Shown one piece after another: positions 39,892-53,572 of a DNA stretch of 64,000 nucleotides. The notes beneath the pieces were generated by a model. It was not told the origin of the DNA, searched no databases, and saw nothing but the letters and a program-made list of their open reading frames with translations. The translations under genes were made by a program, and so were the position numbers. The stretch is taken from positions 992,001 to 1,056,000 of the forward strand of contig JASVEC010000016.1 of the NCBI GenBank assembly GCA_030770535.1, given 5' to 3'. How positions within the stretch are numbered: position 1 is the first letter of the stretch; each line of letters begins with the position of its first letter. Source of the stretch: Batkoa obscura (lineage: Eukaryota).

Positions 39892-40685
39892 TATTTTATT
39901 AATATTAGTATTGTTATTGTTTTTTGCCAATATAATAAAAACACAATGTTCCAAATGCTATCGATTATAAAAAACATACAAAATCTTGACTAAACTATTA
40001 TCCTTTTGTTATGAGTAGCCATTTGTAAGATAGCTATATTTCTAACTACCATCTATGAGAAAATCATATCTTTGAAGACTTCAAATTCATAAAATAATTA
40101 TGTTTTCAACAAATATAAGTTTAATGTTTAATTATTAAACATAAATCAATATCAACATTATAAGCTATCATCTATATACAGTATAATAATTATAATACAA
40201 AATATAATTAAAACATAAGTTTAATTAGTGACAATCAAAAATAATATATTCATTAAATTTTATTTTAAACTTAACTAGCTTTAAAGCATATGTTTTACAG
40301 AAAAATTCTCTATAAAAAAGATCGTTTATATTAATTCTATTTACATTCGTAAGAAACATTGCTGCTATGACTTCTATTTTTTTTGCTCTAGTTGATTTAT
40401 CAAAAACATTATCGTACCTAACCTCAAAACTATAACTAAATTCCGCTTTTATCTACTTTTCTCATTTTCATACAAATTAGGTTTAGTTTGTATTGTTTCA
40501 TTTGTATATTTTCATATTGACAATTATTTTCCTCGTAAACATCTTTTATAAAAAATAAACTTACTTTCATTAAACCAAATATTTTACATAAATAATAGCT
40601 AGTTTCATCATTTTTAATAATTTATATTTACTAGAAGCCCATATTAACCTCGAATTATTAAAAAACATTTATTGGTTTTTTTAAA

Positions 40686-41172
40686 TTAAGACTCAATCAA
40701 TTCACGAAGACGACGAGTGGCACTGCGAACAGTGGCAGCAGCAGTAGTTCTATAAATTCAATTATAAATTCAAAAATCTTGATAAAAAAACTTACGAAAC
40801 AGTCCAAGCACCACCAGCTAAAACTTTCTTACATCCACGGCATTCCCAGATACCGACAGCACGACGCTTGACGCTATCCTTACCACAGAAAGTGCAGGTA
40901 TATTTGGCGTGTTGGGTGATTTCCATCTTTTTGATTTGTTTACGTAAAGAAGCACCATAACGGGTACCGTATTTACCGACAACTCCTACTTTCTTAGTAC
41001 GTTTGGCCTTTGACAATAGATTAACATTTTGTTTTTAAATTATGGAACATCTTTTTATATTTTTAGAAAACTAAATGAAGACGATTGTGTCCTCAACTTT
41101 TTTGATTTATCGTTTTTTGTCTTATTTTTATCTTCTAATTTTGAGTATTTGAATGGATGTATGTATTACCAT
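40686..41172 (-). CDS. RPL43: 60S ribosomal protein eL43 (L37a)
   Basis: ATG-only first exon; [23 protein letters not shown]; CxxC...CxxC; last exon [16 protein letters not shown]. Confidence 0.97.
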
Positions 41173-41547
41173 TTGATTTTATGGTGCTGGGTAGTTCGTT
41201 AACAAGGTATTGAAACGAAGAGAGAGGAGGTCTTAAGCCAACTTTGGCTTACTCATTAGTTATTAACTTTATTGGTTAATTTCATTTACTTTTTTGAAAA
41301 TCGGGTTTTCTAACCCATCCAAAAAGTACAGTATAACTTAAAATTAAATATTTGTATTTCAATAAAATCTTATAATTATATAATATTATAATTTAATGGT
41401 ATATTTCTTTTTTGCTTTAAAGTGTTTTTATTTTGATATACATTATTACAACTGTTCAAAGCTTAACAATATAAAATATATATACTATTAATAAATCTAT
41501 TTGAAGGTAAATGATTACTGTTTATAAATAAATTCATGTACAAAACA

Positions 41548-41646
41548 TGGGGGTGTTTTTTTTGGTTTGATCATTTTTCTATTTTTTAAGTACAATTTGA
41601 GAGGAAAAATTATTAGTAAAATTATTAAATTCACAGTATGTCCACA
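41548..41646 (+). mobile_element. Diverged MITE copy
   Basis: TGGGGGTG...TGTCCACA with family core ATTTGAG.GGAAAA..TTAGTAAA; flanks CA/TA. Confidence 0.75.
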
Positions 41647-41932
41647 TATAGTAACATATTGTGAGTTTAGTATCATAACGGATCTTCATAAATCACTAAT
41701 TTATTAGTCCTAAATATATATTGGTACAAAAACAAGAAAAATATTATATTTTATAAAAAAGAATCCTAAACAGTAGTCTATAACGTTGTTCAAATTGTTT
41801 CAGAGTTATAAACTATCTTGACTTTGAGATAATCGATATTATTAATAAAGTTACATTTGAATGATAGATATTTAATATTAAAACAATTGAAATGTACTTA
41901 TAAAATATACTTACAAAGCATGCGTTTATTAA

Positions 41933-41960
41933 TAAAGATAAAGATAAAGATAAAGATAAA
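41933..41960. repeat. (TAAAGA)n microsatellite
   Basis: About 4.5 tandem units just downstream of the AOX stop codon. Confidence 0.8.
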
Positions 41961-41989
41961 ATAAAATAGCATTCTAAAAGTTTACAAAA

Positions 41990-42988
41990 TTACCACACCT
42001 TGGCGGCATCTTGAGAAGGATTAGCTAATGACGAATCCTTTTCCTCAATATTTTGCTCCAATCCTTCTCTTAAATCTTCCTTCTTAAGAATGAGCCGATC
42101 TGCAAAGTGGTGGTTGGTATCCCTATGTAAAGCCTCATCAGCTCTTACAGCTAATACTACATCTCTCAATCTAGCATTTGGTTTCAAATGCCAATAGTCA
42201 ATGGCAATTACTGGAGCTGGAGAATTTTCAATGTGACCATTGTCAATCTCTTTTAAAAAAGAAGTGTAGGAAATAACCGCTTCTTCTTCAAGATAGCCCA
42301 CAACACGATGGGCAGTTTTTGGTGACATTAAATACAAAAGGAAGAAAGCATTATAAAACACCCCTTGTACTGTAGTGACTAAAACTCTTTCAAATAAATT
42401 AGGTTGGGACACCTTCATCCATGTCATTAAATGCATACGTTCGTTTTCAGCTTCATGTAACAAATGACTAATCCAACCACCATCATGTTTTAAGCCTCTT
42501 AAAGACCTCAAGTGTCTTAATGTAGCTGCTACCATACCCGGTACAGCAGCCACGGTTTCTAGCATCACAGCTCGATGTACATATTTTTTACGGAAAAAGA
42601 GATCAGTAGGTAAACGTAATAATTTGACAGTGTTGAAAGCTATTATGTCCCCAAAAGTCTTAGGCTGACGATGGGAAGTGAGGTTGATGTCCATTTTCTC
42701 TAACTCTTCCGAGGACATGGAGCGTAAGAATTCATTTCTAATAGGGGCTGGGTGGACTGGGTGTTTTAATTCCCTGGGCATAGTGCCTTGAATATCTATC
42801 TTTTCGGCATTTTCGTTGGAACTCAGAGAAAAGAAAGTAAAGTTACGCTTACCAGTAACATTATGAGAAATATGTGCTGGTAAGAAAGTTAAAGCTCTAT
42901 AGGTACCTGGGTTCTGGAAAAGGGTGGTACCAGTTTTAAGTATACTAGTATATAGTATAGGATGAGATAAAATTTTAGTTGTTGACAT
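41990..42988 (-). CDS. AOX: Mitochondrial alternative oxidase
   Basis: [36 protein letters not shown] diiron motifs. Confidence 0.97.
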   Translation of the reverse strand: MSTTKILSHPILYTSILKTGTTLFQNPGTYRALTFLPAHISHNVTGKRNFTFFSLSSNENAEKIDIQGTMPRELKHPVHPAPIRNEFLRSMSSEELEKMDINLTSHRQPKTFGDIIAFNTVKLLRLPTDLFFRKKYVHRAVMLETVAAVPGMVAATLRHLRSLRGLKHDGGWISHLLHEAENERMHLMTWMKVSQPNLFERVLVTTVQGVFYNAFFLLYLMSPKTAHRVVGYLEEEAVISYTSFLKEIDNGHIENSPAPVIAIDYWHLKPNARLRDVVLAVRADEALHRDTNHHFADRLILKKEDLREGLEQNIEEKDSSLANPSQDAAKVW

Positions 42989-45666
42989 ATTGTAATCGAT
43001 ATTGATTGATTTAATGATTTGAGTTTGAACTAAAAATCGTTGCTTATATAAGCTAAAAAATCATCTTTGGGCATAAATTATTAGCTTAAAATAAGGATTT
43101 ATTGCTCAAACTTGATTGATATTGTTGTTTAATTACCCTAAAAACTAAGGAATCTTTTTTACTTTCGGTTTATTTCAAGGATGACTCATATAGTTGGCAA
43201 CTTTGGGGTTGATTCATTTTTTGGGGAGTTAAGCTTAATTGAAAATGAAATCACAAAAATATTATATTTTAAATAATAAATTAATAATAATATAAAAATT
43301 ATATTAAAAATTGCTAAAGAAATATCACATAAGGATATGATTCAATATCTTAGTTAATAAAGCTAATGTGCTATCATATATGGCATAGGCACTGTAATAT
43401 AACACCATGGATCTATATACCATTAATGACTTTTTTCATACGGACCAACTCCCGATCCGCAGCAGTTGAACTCAGCCCCCTAACGAATTAAAAATTAAGA
43501 ATTATTTTTAGTTTTTTTATAGCTATTTAAAAATAATGTAAGGAAATATTTAAGCTCAATAAATTCTTATGACAAGCAACAATGTAAAGTTGACTAACTT
43601 TTGTAAAAATGATCTGATAAATTCCGATGGAATAGCCTTTTAATCTGTAATACGTTATAAGAAATTCAAAATTATCCTTTAATAGGGTTTGTCGGACTAA
43701 GCGAAAATGAGAGATATTATTAATTATGTAATAATTTTTCTATTGTGTTTACTTTTGTATCTAAAATAAAGACAGGGTTTATTATAAAACAGCTTTGGAA
43801 ACTTTGATTACTATTTAAGTATAGTGTTGTATAGTATGATATTGTATTATTACTCTTGAAGCTTCATATTATGCTTTATACCCAAGAAATTATTAAATAA
43901 ATAAGAATATGATTAGAGATTTGCTTCCATTTATTAAATAGAATACAAATAAACAATACTTAATTAATAAAAAGATACAGAGCAGATGTTTTTTTAATAC
44001 TACTTATAGTTTTATACCAGTTTCAACAAACTGGTGCGTAAGTTTATTACTCTAAATTTTTACCCATAAAAATTCCATAAAATCTTCATCATTAAATCAC
44101 ACTAAATTAGCCTAATTTTTGTGAAATTTGCAAATATTACTCTTATCCATAAATTATTGAATTGCTATAAATGAATGTAAATGTTTATATAACCCTATTT
44201 TCCTTTGCTGTTTTACAATAACAAAATTTTATAGTGCCCTTAAATATATTTCATATTTTTATCCTTAGTTCCATTTAAATTAAAGAACTATATTCTAGAT
44301 TATGTTCCTATTGATAGCTACCTAAAAACAAACAACACACAATATTTACACACAAGAAATCTACACAAATTTTATAAAGATTGCTGTTTTGCTATCTTAA
44401 TTGATACTATAATAATTTTTAAACAAAACCCTGGTACTCTTTTTATTGATTTTATATTGAAGGGCCAGTGTTCTATATCATGCTCTTGTGAATAGTCATT
44501 TAAGTAAACAACATCTAATATTTGTACACAAAAAATCTACACGAATTCCATAATGTGATTTATTTTGTTAAGTAATCAATTTTATATCAATTGTTGAATC
44601 ATATAATGTTGATAGTTATTTTGTATTTTATTTGCTGTTAGTGGTTTCCATTTGTGATATTATTGTTAAATCGATATCAACTTTTTATATTTCATTGTTA
44701 AAACGTCTTCCTATTCACTAAACTTAGTACATTATTTTGTCTTGAGTTCTTTTTAACTAGCTATTAGTATTTATATATGATACAACTTTCAGATTTAAAT
44801 GTATCCAAATGTGCTGATGAAGATAGTTGTTATGATTACAAAACTTATTCGAAGACCTCATTTTAAAAAAATCAAGGCTAAACAATGAATATAACAGATT
44901 ATATCTAATGGAAGTGAATACCAAATCCCAAACAAGAACCATTCTTTGATTAAATTCTAAAATTAAATTTAATTTTAAAAAAATCTAAAAATAATCTCAG
45001 TTTATGCTTTTTAAGAATTTTTGAAGATCCTTTTTACGCTGTTAGAAACTTACAATAGTTTGACAAATACTACATTATTAAACACAATCTCTTGTTACTT
45101 TCACGGTATAGTTTAGATAGAAGTAATTTATCATCTAAATCTCATTTAAATCAATATCACAGATATAAATTAAAATTAAATTAATTGTTTAAAATAGTGA
45201 TGAAAATAAAATTAAATGACTATTTAAAATTAAAGCTCATTTTTACGTCATTTTGGTCAAAAATAAACTTTTATATTCTATTGAAACAGAATGTAATTCT
45301 ATTTTAAGCTAAGATTAATAAAGTATTAAAAATAACAATTACATACAAATCTGTATAATTACTAACAAAATTCTTTAAAATGTCCTTTTAGTGGGTCACC
45401 TTCTTCAATCCCTACTCCAATGACTAGAAGCTGATTCAAGGATTTATGATTTATTCGCCATAATTTATCCAAGCTAAAACATTATACTGGAAGGGCATAA
45501 TTCCTCAGTTTTTATTAAACTTGATGGAGCGTTTTTTTTAGCCAATTAAATCGTCGATTTTAAATGGTATTATCATAAGAATTGCTACTTTTTTAAACTA
45601 GTGTCAGGGAAGTTTATAAATAAAATTCAAAATTGAAATTAACTTATTTATTTATTTTTATTTGTA

Positions 45667-48236
45667 ATGGAAGCTATTCAGAATTCTATAGCTTCAGCTG
45701 AAGGCTTATCAAGAAGAGGCCAACCTCAAGTACTTTAACCGATAACATATTATATTTTAGATTTTAACTTTATTTTTATCTTAGAGAGCATTCCGATTAT
45801 TCCTTGTTACTTTAATTAACTTAACTCATGAGCTTATGAACCTAAGTATTGAATTCCCATTAAACCCAAATAGTAATATCTGTTTTAAACAATAATAATT
45901 TCATAATCTAATTTTAAGTAGATGATAAATTTGAACAAGTAAAAAAATTATTTCAAGATGGAGATTTTTGTTTAAGTCAAGCCCGTAACCTATGTTTATA
46001 CTTTGATTGCAACTCATCTCCTCAAGAAAGGCCTTTTTCTATGATGGAAATATCACCCCACTTACCCAGTTCGTATTCTAACCATAACTCGCCAATTAAG
46101 CCGGGCCTTAAACTTGGTCTGCCAAAGATACCGCCAAAATCGCCTTCACGGTTAAAATCAAAAGCTTATGTCAAGCTTTCTTCTTTAGTCAATGGGAATG
46201 AAGAAAACGAAAGGATTCGTGAAGTGCCTAAATTGGACATTATTAATGAAAATCATATGGCTTCATCATTCGATTTAACCAATCATACGCTTGAAAGGAA
46301 AGGACATTTGGGAGTAATGAGAGTAGAAAGGCTAGGTGTACCTTTAGAGATATCGAAATCAACACCAGCTGATTTCAACTTTAATTCGAATCATAAAAAC
46401 AAGCGACATTCTGGAAATATCAAATTAAGTGATTTTTCACCAAATGAATTGAGAAAAAAATTAGATGCTGCTTTTAATCCATTTTCAAAAAGAAGTTCAC
46501 AAATTTCAACAGAAAAAGATACACCTTCTATATCTAGTTTAAAGGATACCTCAAATAGCACAGATAAAGATTCACCATCTAGCTCAGGCCCACCATCTCC
46601 AATAACAAATGGAACACCAACACAAACATTAAAACCATCAAGATTAAGACATCATCGAAGAACAACTTCAGAAGAATCACGTATAAGTTTTGCAGAAATT
46701 ATCAAAACAGCATCATCAGCAATAAACATTGATTTTATGAATGAAAAAAAAGAGAATGAAGCATCTGAAACTGTTTCAAGTCCTAATTTAGATAATACTC
46801 CGTTAAACTTTGAGCTGGACCCAGAGGATTTAGCCCCTGCCAAAATGCTTAATTCAGAAGCTAAAGTAGTAAGACCATTATCTATTGATAGTATCACAGC
46901 TTTAGGTAGAATACCATTGATACCAAGATCACCTTTGGTTGTAGCTTTACAGAAAGCTACTCGTACATTGAGCCAAGCTAAACAAGATTTAAAAGAGTTA
47001 GCTTATGATCAAAGAAATGGTATGGAGGATTTGGAGAGAATGGATAAATTAAGAGAAACTATTAGTAATTCATCAGCTACTTTTGAACGTATAAGTAAAC
47101 TTATTCGTGTTGATAACAGTGCCACATTCACTTTCTTTCCAGCCGCATTAGTAGCATATCAATTGACTCTAATTGAATGGGAAATATTTAAAAAGATACC
47201 ACCAGAAGCCATTGAATTACATTCATTTAAAAACCCATACCCACAAATATCTATATCAACAGATTTTTTCAATTATCTTACACGAGTCATTGAGTTATCT
47301 ATTTTGCAAGCAGGACAAGATCGAGTAGAAATGATCCATTTCTGGATCAAATGTGCCAATAAATTGATGCTATTGTATAATTTTCAAACCCTTAAAGCAG
47401 TTCTTAGTGCTTTAAATACACCACCTATTAAACGTCTTAAACATACGTGGAGTCATGTTTTAAAGAAAGACCATACTTTATTAAATTCAATGAATGAATT
47501 GATGGGTGAAAGCAATAATTATTATTCATACAGACAACATGTACAAAAATTAGGAGTCAAAGGAAATTATAATGAAGAATATAATAAGCCAATTATACCT
47601 TATCTTGGAGTATTTTTGATGGATATGACTTATTTAAAAGCAGCAAATAAAGACGATAAGCGTATCCAAGAATTAGTAACTCAATTTCAAATATATTTAA
47701 ATGGACCAGATTATTTATTAACACCACCCCATCGATTTATTAAATCAAGGAGACATCAAAAATCAACGTCATTTTCTTCATTTTCATTGAATTTTGGCAA
47801 AAGCATTCATAACACTCCATCTCAATCCCCTTTACCTTTTTTAAATAGTTTATCAACTGAGTTGGACCAATCCCCTTATCAAAAGAAACCACTAAAAGAT
47901 AAAGTCACATTATCTTCATTTCAACAACTTATTACACATTTTTTATTGAATCAAGTATGGGCTAATGAAAAGGTAGTAGACCAATTAGCAGCAGATTTAA
48001 TATCAAATGAACGTAAAGTAACGAAACAGATAAGTAAAAGTCAAACATCCATACCATCTATTAAGATTAAAAGTAGTAATGATAATTATGAAAACAAGGT
48101 ATCGTTTTTACCTTCCCCGGTTACTCCTTCCAATTCAACTACATTACTCTTGGATCCATTTGAATTTGAAATACCAGATATTGAAAAAACTTTATTAGCA
48201 GACCCTATCCTTTCGGAAGATTCTTCTTCTTTGTAA
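45667..48236 (+). CDS. Ras guanine-nucleotide exchange factor (CDC25-type catalytic domain)
   Basis: VAYQLTLIE, NFQTLKAVLSALNTPPIKRLKHTW, NYYSYR, IPYLGVFLMDMTY; short upstream exons from ATG 45667 are tentative. Confidence 0.87.
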
Positions 48237-48442
48237 TCACTCTCTTTGTTTTTTTATTTAATAGTTTAAGTTGTTATTTTATCTTTTAATTTATTATTTA
48301 ATAAAAAATCGTATTAAGCAATAATAGAAGTATGATTTAATGTATAATGTGCGATAATAATGCACAAAGCACTATAACGAATAGTGTATATTGTATAATA
48401 ATAGAAATAGATCATAAGTACATATAGTATGTCAATTATATA

Positions 48443-48542
48443 TGGGGATGCATTTTTTCGTTTAAGAATTTTACTAACAATCTTTCCACTCAAATAGTGC
48501 TTAAAAATGAAAAAAGTAATGAAGACAAAAAAAACATTACCA
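48443..48542 (-). mobile_element. MITE copy (tandem pair)
   Basis: TGGGGATG...CATTACCA; TA/TA, right-hand TA shared with the next copy. Confidence 0.92.
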
Positions 48543-48544
48543 TA

Positions 48545-48643
48545 TGGGGATGTGTTTTTTTATTTAAGAATTTTACTACAATCTTTCCACTCAAATAGCG
48601 CTTAAAAAATGGAAAAATAATGAAACTAAAAAAAACAGCCCCA
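48545..48643 (-). mobile_element. MITE copy (tandem pair)
   Basis: TGGGGATG...CAGCCCCA; TA/TA. Confidence 0.93.
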
Positions 48644-48747
48644 TATATTAAAAAAGTAATAGATTATAACATTATATTTTATTTAAATCATAGTTATTTT
48701 TGATTATTATAACCAAGAACAATATTTATTCTATAGTTTAAAAATAA

Positions 48748-50156
48748 TTACATAGGGAAATTGGGTAGCTCTTTGATTGCCCTATTGATAATATCAACAC
48801 CTTGTTCAGTTTGTTGTTTAGTAATAGTAAGTGGTGGAGCTAATCTAATAATATTGTTATGAGTAGGTTTAGCAAGTAACCCAAGTTCTTTCATAATAAG
48901 GCAAAGATGCCATGCTGAACGACCATTGGTATAATTTTCATCTACTACAATAGCATTTAATAATCCTCTACCACGTACTTCACTTATAATATTAGACCCA
49001 ATACCCTTCAATTGATTACGGAAAAGTTCTCCCATGATTCTTGAGTTTTCTACTAAGCCTTCTTCTTGAATTACTTCAAGTGCAGCCATAGCTACAGCCG
49101 AGCCTAATGGATTACCACCATAAGTAGATCCATGCTCACCAGGTTGGATACATAGCATAACATCTTTATCAGCTAAAACAGCTGAGACTGGATAAACACC
49201 ACCAGATAAAGCTTTACCAAGGATAATAATATCTGGACGTACACCTACATGCTCTACTGCTAACATCTTACCAGTTCTAGCTAAACCGGTTTGTACTTCA
49301 TCACCAATAAATAAAACATTATGCTGTTTACAAAGTTCGTAAGCCCTTTGTACGAAAGCATCATTAGGAATCTTGATACCAGCTTCTCCTTGGATTGGTT
49401 CCATTAAAAACCCAGCCATGTTGGCTCCATTGGCTTCAAAGATCTCTTCTAAAGTTTGAATGTCATCCATATATAATACTTTACCGCTTTTTGGGCAAAC
49501 TGGTCCAACGTTTGGCAAAAATGGACCAAAGTTAGTAGTAGCGGTATTGTCAGTAGACATTGAAATAATACCCATTGTTCTACCGTGGAAGTTATCGGCT
49601 AAGGAAACAATGACAGCTTCTCCTTGTTTAATACCTTTCTTTTCATAACCCCATTTACGTGCTAATTTAAGAGCAGTTTCAACAGCTTCAGCACCAGTGT
49701 TCATAGGTAATACCATATCGTATTTTAACAATTTGGTAATGTATTCTGCAAATTCACCAAATTTGTCATTATAAAAAGCTCTAGAACTTAAAGTTAATTT
49801 TTGACTTTGTTGTATTAAAGCTTCAATGATCTTAGGGTGACAGTGACCTTAATATTAATTAATACTAATTATCAATGTTCATTAAGTTAATTCTTACCTT
49901 GATTTACGGCTGAATAAGCTGATAAAAAATCTAAGTACTTTTTACCTTCTGGGTCCCACACGTGTACACCTTCTCCTTTAGAAAATACTACAGGTAATGG
50001 ATGGTAGTTATGAGCTCCATATTGATGCTCCAAATCAATTAATCTTTGAGATTGGGAAACTTCTTGTCCTAGGGCTTGTTTTTGAGCTAAGCTACTGCCA
50101 TTTCTTACTTGGTTAGCGAGTCTTTGGATTACTTTAGTTGTTCTAGTTGAATTCAT
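48748..50156 (-). CDS. CAR2: Ornithine aminotransferase, one intron
   Basis: [66 protein letters not shown]. Confidence 0.97.
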
Positions 50157-51283
50157 TTTTAATCTTAAAAAATTAAAAAGGGTTTGATTTTATTTTATAT
50201 TTATGTTAGTTGATTTCATTTTTTAAGCGTTATATTCTTAAGTTGGATGGAATAGAGCCTCATTATTATGGAAGAAAACAAGTTTCATTGGCTATTTAAG
50301 GGATAGCATAAGATTTAACGCAGGGAGCAATTTTAATTTATAAAACTTAATCAATCAACCCAGCAAATTTATTGGTTGGTTAAGTGTCAAATTTATAGAA
50401 AATTTATAAACCTTCATCAACTTGACCTAAGTTTAATTTCATTTGAAAGATTAATTTCAAAATTCGATTTAAATTTAATTTTCATTTCCAAAATTATAAT
50501 AAAAGCATCAATTTCCTTCCAAAAAACAGAAGTTCACCTTAGAATTTCTATCTCATGCTAATTCGTTATTCTTGAAGCTTTCTTTATTATATAAGTAGTA
50601 TGTCATTTTTGTACATTCTAGTATTTCTTTAAAATATTCACAAATAAAATAATGAAATCATAGCCCATGATTTTATCATTGATTCTATTGTATAGGATTT
50701 ACTAAGTTTATTATCGATTCAATAATACATGATAATATTCAATATTAATTTATTTTATTATGTTATCATACTTCATACAATCTTTAAGTAAAACTTAATA
50801 ATTAAATTGAGTTGTTGATATTTCAAATGAATGTCCATGTCGAGATAATAGTTAAAGTACTCTAAAACAGTTTAAATCAACTCTTTTCATTAATATTACC
50901 AATATGATTTAAACATCAAATTAAGAAATAAATCTTGTTCATCTAATTTAAGCATAGCTATATGATCCCGTCTTTTATTGCTAATCAGTTGGCAGTCAAT
51001 TTGTTTGGCTGTAACAAATATAATATTTAATTAAACATTATTTTACACTTAAATAAGTCATAATATTACTTGATTTGTTTTAAACACAAGTCAGATTTCC
51101 ATAGCTACATTGAGATTGAATCATCAATAGCTTTAAAAGTTACTAGTTCTGTTAATAGTTTATTTTTTGATGTAAAAAATTTATTGTTCCAAAAATTTAA
51201 TTGAAAGCGAATTAAATTGTTAGTTTAAAAAATACTATTTATAGTTTTTAAGCTAGTAAAAAAAAGTAACTAAAATTAAATAT

Positions 51284-51356
51284 GCTCCGTTAGCTCAGTT
51301 GGCAGAGCGTGGTGCTAATAACGCTAAGGTCATAGGTTCAAGCCCTATACGGAGCA
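51284..51356 (+). tRNA. tRNA-Ile(AAT)
   Basis: Acceptor stem GCTCCGT/ACGGAGC; D-arm TAGCTCAGTTGGCAGAGC; anticodon loop CTAATAA; T-arm GGTTCAAGCC. Confidence 0.97.
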
Positions 51357-51455
51357 ATTAATTTTGTTATTTTTAGCTCTTTTAGGAAGAAAACTTAAAT
51401 TTGATTTGCTCACTTAAAAGTCGCTCTTTGAAAATTAAATTATTTTTTATCCAAA

Positions 51456-52147
51456 ATGTCAGACCGAGAAATCAATGATGATGAGTTGACACTACCAAAA
51501 AGTACTTTATTTTAAGATGATAAAAAGGAATTGATTAATGAATTATAGCCACGGTACATAAATTGATAACGGAGGTTTTACCAAAGGAGATAGCGTGCTC
51601 AAAAGAAACGAGAGATCTATTGGTGGAGTGTTGTGTAGGTAAGGAAGTATTTTTTTGTGAGAATCGGTTTATTCTTTTAAGAGTTCATACATTTGCTTGC
51701 TTCTGAGGCCAATGATGTATGTGAAAAACAGTTGAAAAAGACCATCTCTGCTGAACATGTGATTGCCGCTTTACAAGTAAATAATGGATTTATTTAAATA
51801 TTTAAATTTAAAATTTCATTCAGGGTTTAGGATTTGACGAGTATGTACCACACATTCAAGAAGTATTTTTAGACCATAAAGCGACTTTAAAAGTAATAAG
51901 ACTAAGATAAATTTACTTTCAATTAAATAATTATAAAAAATAGATCAGAGATAGAAAAAGTTCGAGGTTAGAAAACTCAGGATTTACTGAAGAAGAGTTG
52001 CTACGCAGTCAAGAACTTTTGTTTGCTAAAGCTAGACAAAGATACCAAGAACAAAGTTTTAATGTTAACTTAAATGCTCAGACTCAACAGCAACAAAATC
52101 AAGATGATGATAGTAATAATAACTTGCCTCCCCCTCAAGGCCTTTAA
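51456..52147 (+). CDS. NCB2: Negative cofactor 2 beta subunit (Dr1/Ncb2), 5 exons
   Basis: DDELTLPK.TV.K, LLVECCVEFIHLLASEANDVCEK..KKTISAEHV, SGFTEEELLRSQELLF. Confidence 0.93.
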
Positions 52148-52604
52148 TGGTATTAAATGGGTAGAAGAGGATAGAATATATTTATGTTATTTTGATAATA
52201 TTTAGCTCTTTTTATTTTTTTACCTAGCTTCTTTTTGGTTTTTTTGATTTCATATTTTATAAAGGGTTAGTCTCTATCTAAAGACTATAAAAGTACCAGA
52301 TATGATTATTAAAATATGACATAAATATATGGTTTTTAAAAATTACTTATTTAGTTGAATGATCTTTTAATATCTTTTACTCCTTATTACACATAACTAA
52401 TTTGGTATAAATATTTGTATAAGTAATGATAAAATAATAATTATCTTAGATAAAAATTCAGATTAACCGAAAAGTATATAAAACAGCACTAAAACGGATA
52501 TGATTGGCTATTTAGTATTTTAAATTGATCATTAAAGATAAGATTTCAATAAAATTTTAGTTTATTTTTTAAAATGAACACAATTACTAGAAAAGTCTTG
52601 TTAA

Positions 52605-53254
52605 ATGGCATCAGTAAAAGTAACTATTACAACAAGATAATACACTATAAACTAATAACCCATTAGATAAAGGCTTCAAAATGTTAAGCCAAACTAGTCA
52701 GTTCACTAGCACTAGGTAAATAATAAATGTAATTAAAATAAGACTTTTTGATGCGCTTTGAAGGACAACCAATAACATTTTAGAACAAATACAAAAAACA
52801 AAAAGTATGAGACCACGCTCACCTTTTTACATCTATCAACCACAGTTAACTTCTGGGCTTTCAATTTTAAGTCGTATAACTGGTGTTGCTATAGGTATAG
52901 GTAGATTCAGTTTGAAGCTTTTTAAAAATCATTGTTAACAATAAAGGTTTTTATGGTGTTACTATTGCTTACCCAGCCTTTGGATTAACTTCCGAAGTAT
53001 CTGTTCAACATTTAGAAGCTATTCCAAGTTCAGTAAAAACAGCTGCTAAGTTTATCATCGCTTTCCCATTCATGTTTCATAATTTTAATGGAATCCGTCA
53101 TTTAGTAAGCTTAAAGTAATGATTTTTGCTACTATTTATTAATTTGTAGGTATGGGATACTGCTTCTAGTCTTACTGTTAAAGGAGTTTATACTTCAGGC
53201 TATTTGGTTATTGGTGCTTCAGTTTTATCTTCTATCGGCTTAGCTTCTGTATAA
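52605..53254 (+). CDS. SDH3: Succinate dehydrogenase cytochrome b560 subunit, multi-exon
   Basis: RPRSP..IYQPQLT, SRITG, KFIIAFPFMFHNFNGIRHL|VWD, KGVYTSGY; start exon tentative. Confidence 0.88.
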
Positions 53255-53473
53255 AGTACAAGTATTGTTTAATATTAAATTTTATCTTTATTTAGAGTAG
53301 CAGAAATATACAAATATAGGTATAGTATAATAACGAAATTAAAATGACATTTAGTTTTTTTTAGTTTTTTTAATAAAAGTTAATATTAATTTTTGGCTAT
53401 ATTTAGCATAAACCCTTAATATGTTAGTAAGCATGTGCTTATTTTTGTAGTATAGCCATTGTGAATATAAATA

Positions 53474-53572
53474 TGGAGATGCATTTCTTTGTTTAAGAAT
53501 TTCACTAGCAATCTTTTTGCTCAAATAGTGCTTAAGAATGGAAAAAGTGATGAAACTAAAAAAACATCCCCA
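53474..53572 (-). mobile_element. MITE copy
   Basis: TGGAGATG...CATCCCCA; TA/TA. Confidence 0.92.

Noticed and set aside
41010..41168. snoRNA in the eL43 intron
   Set aside because: Only a small hairpin (TGAGGAC/GTCTTCA); no convincing C/D or H/ACA boxes
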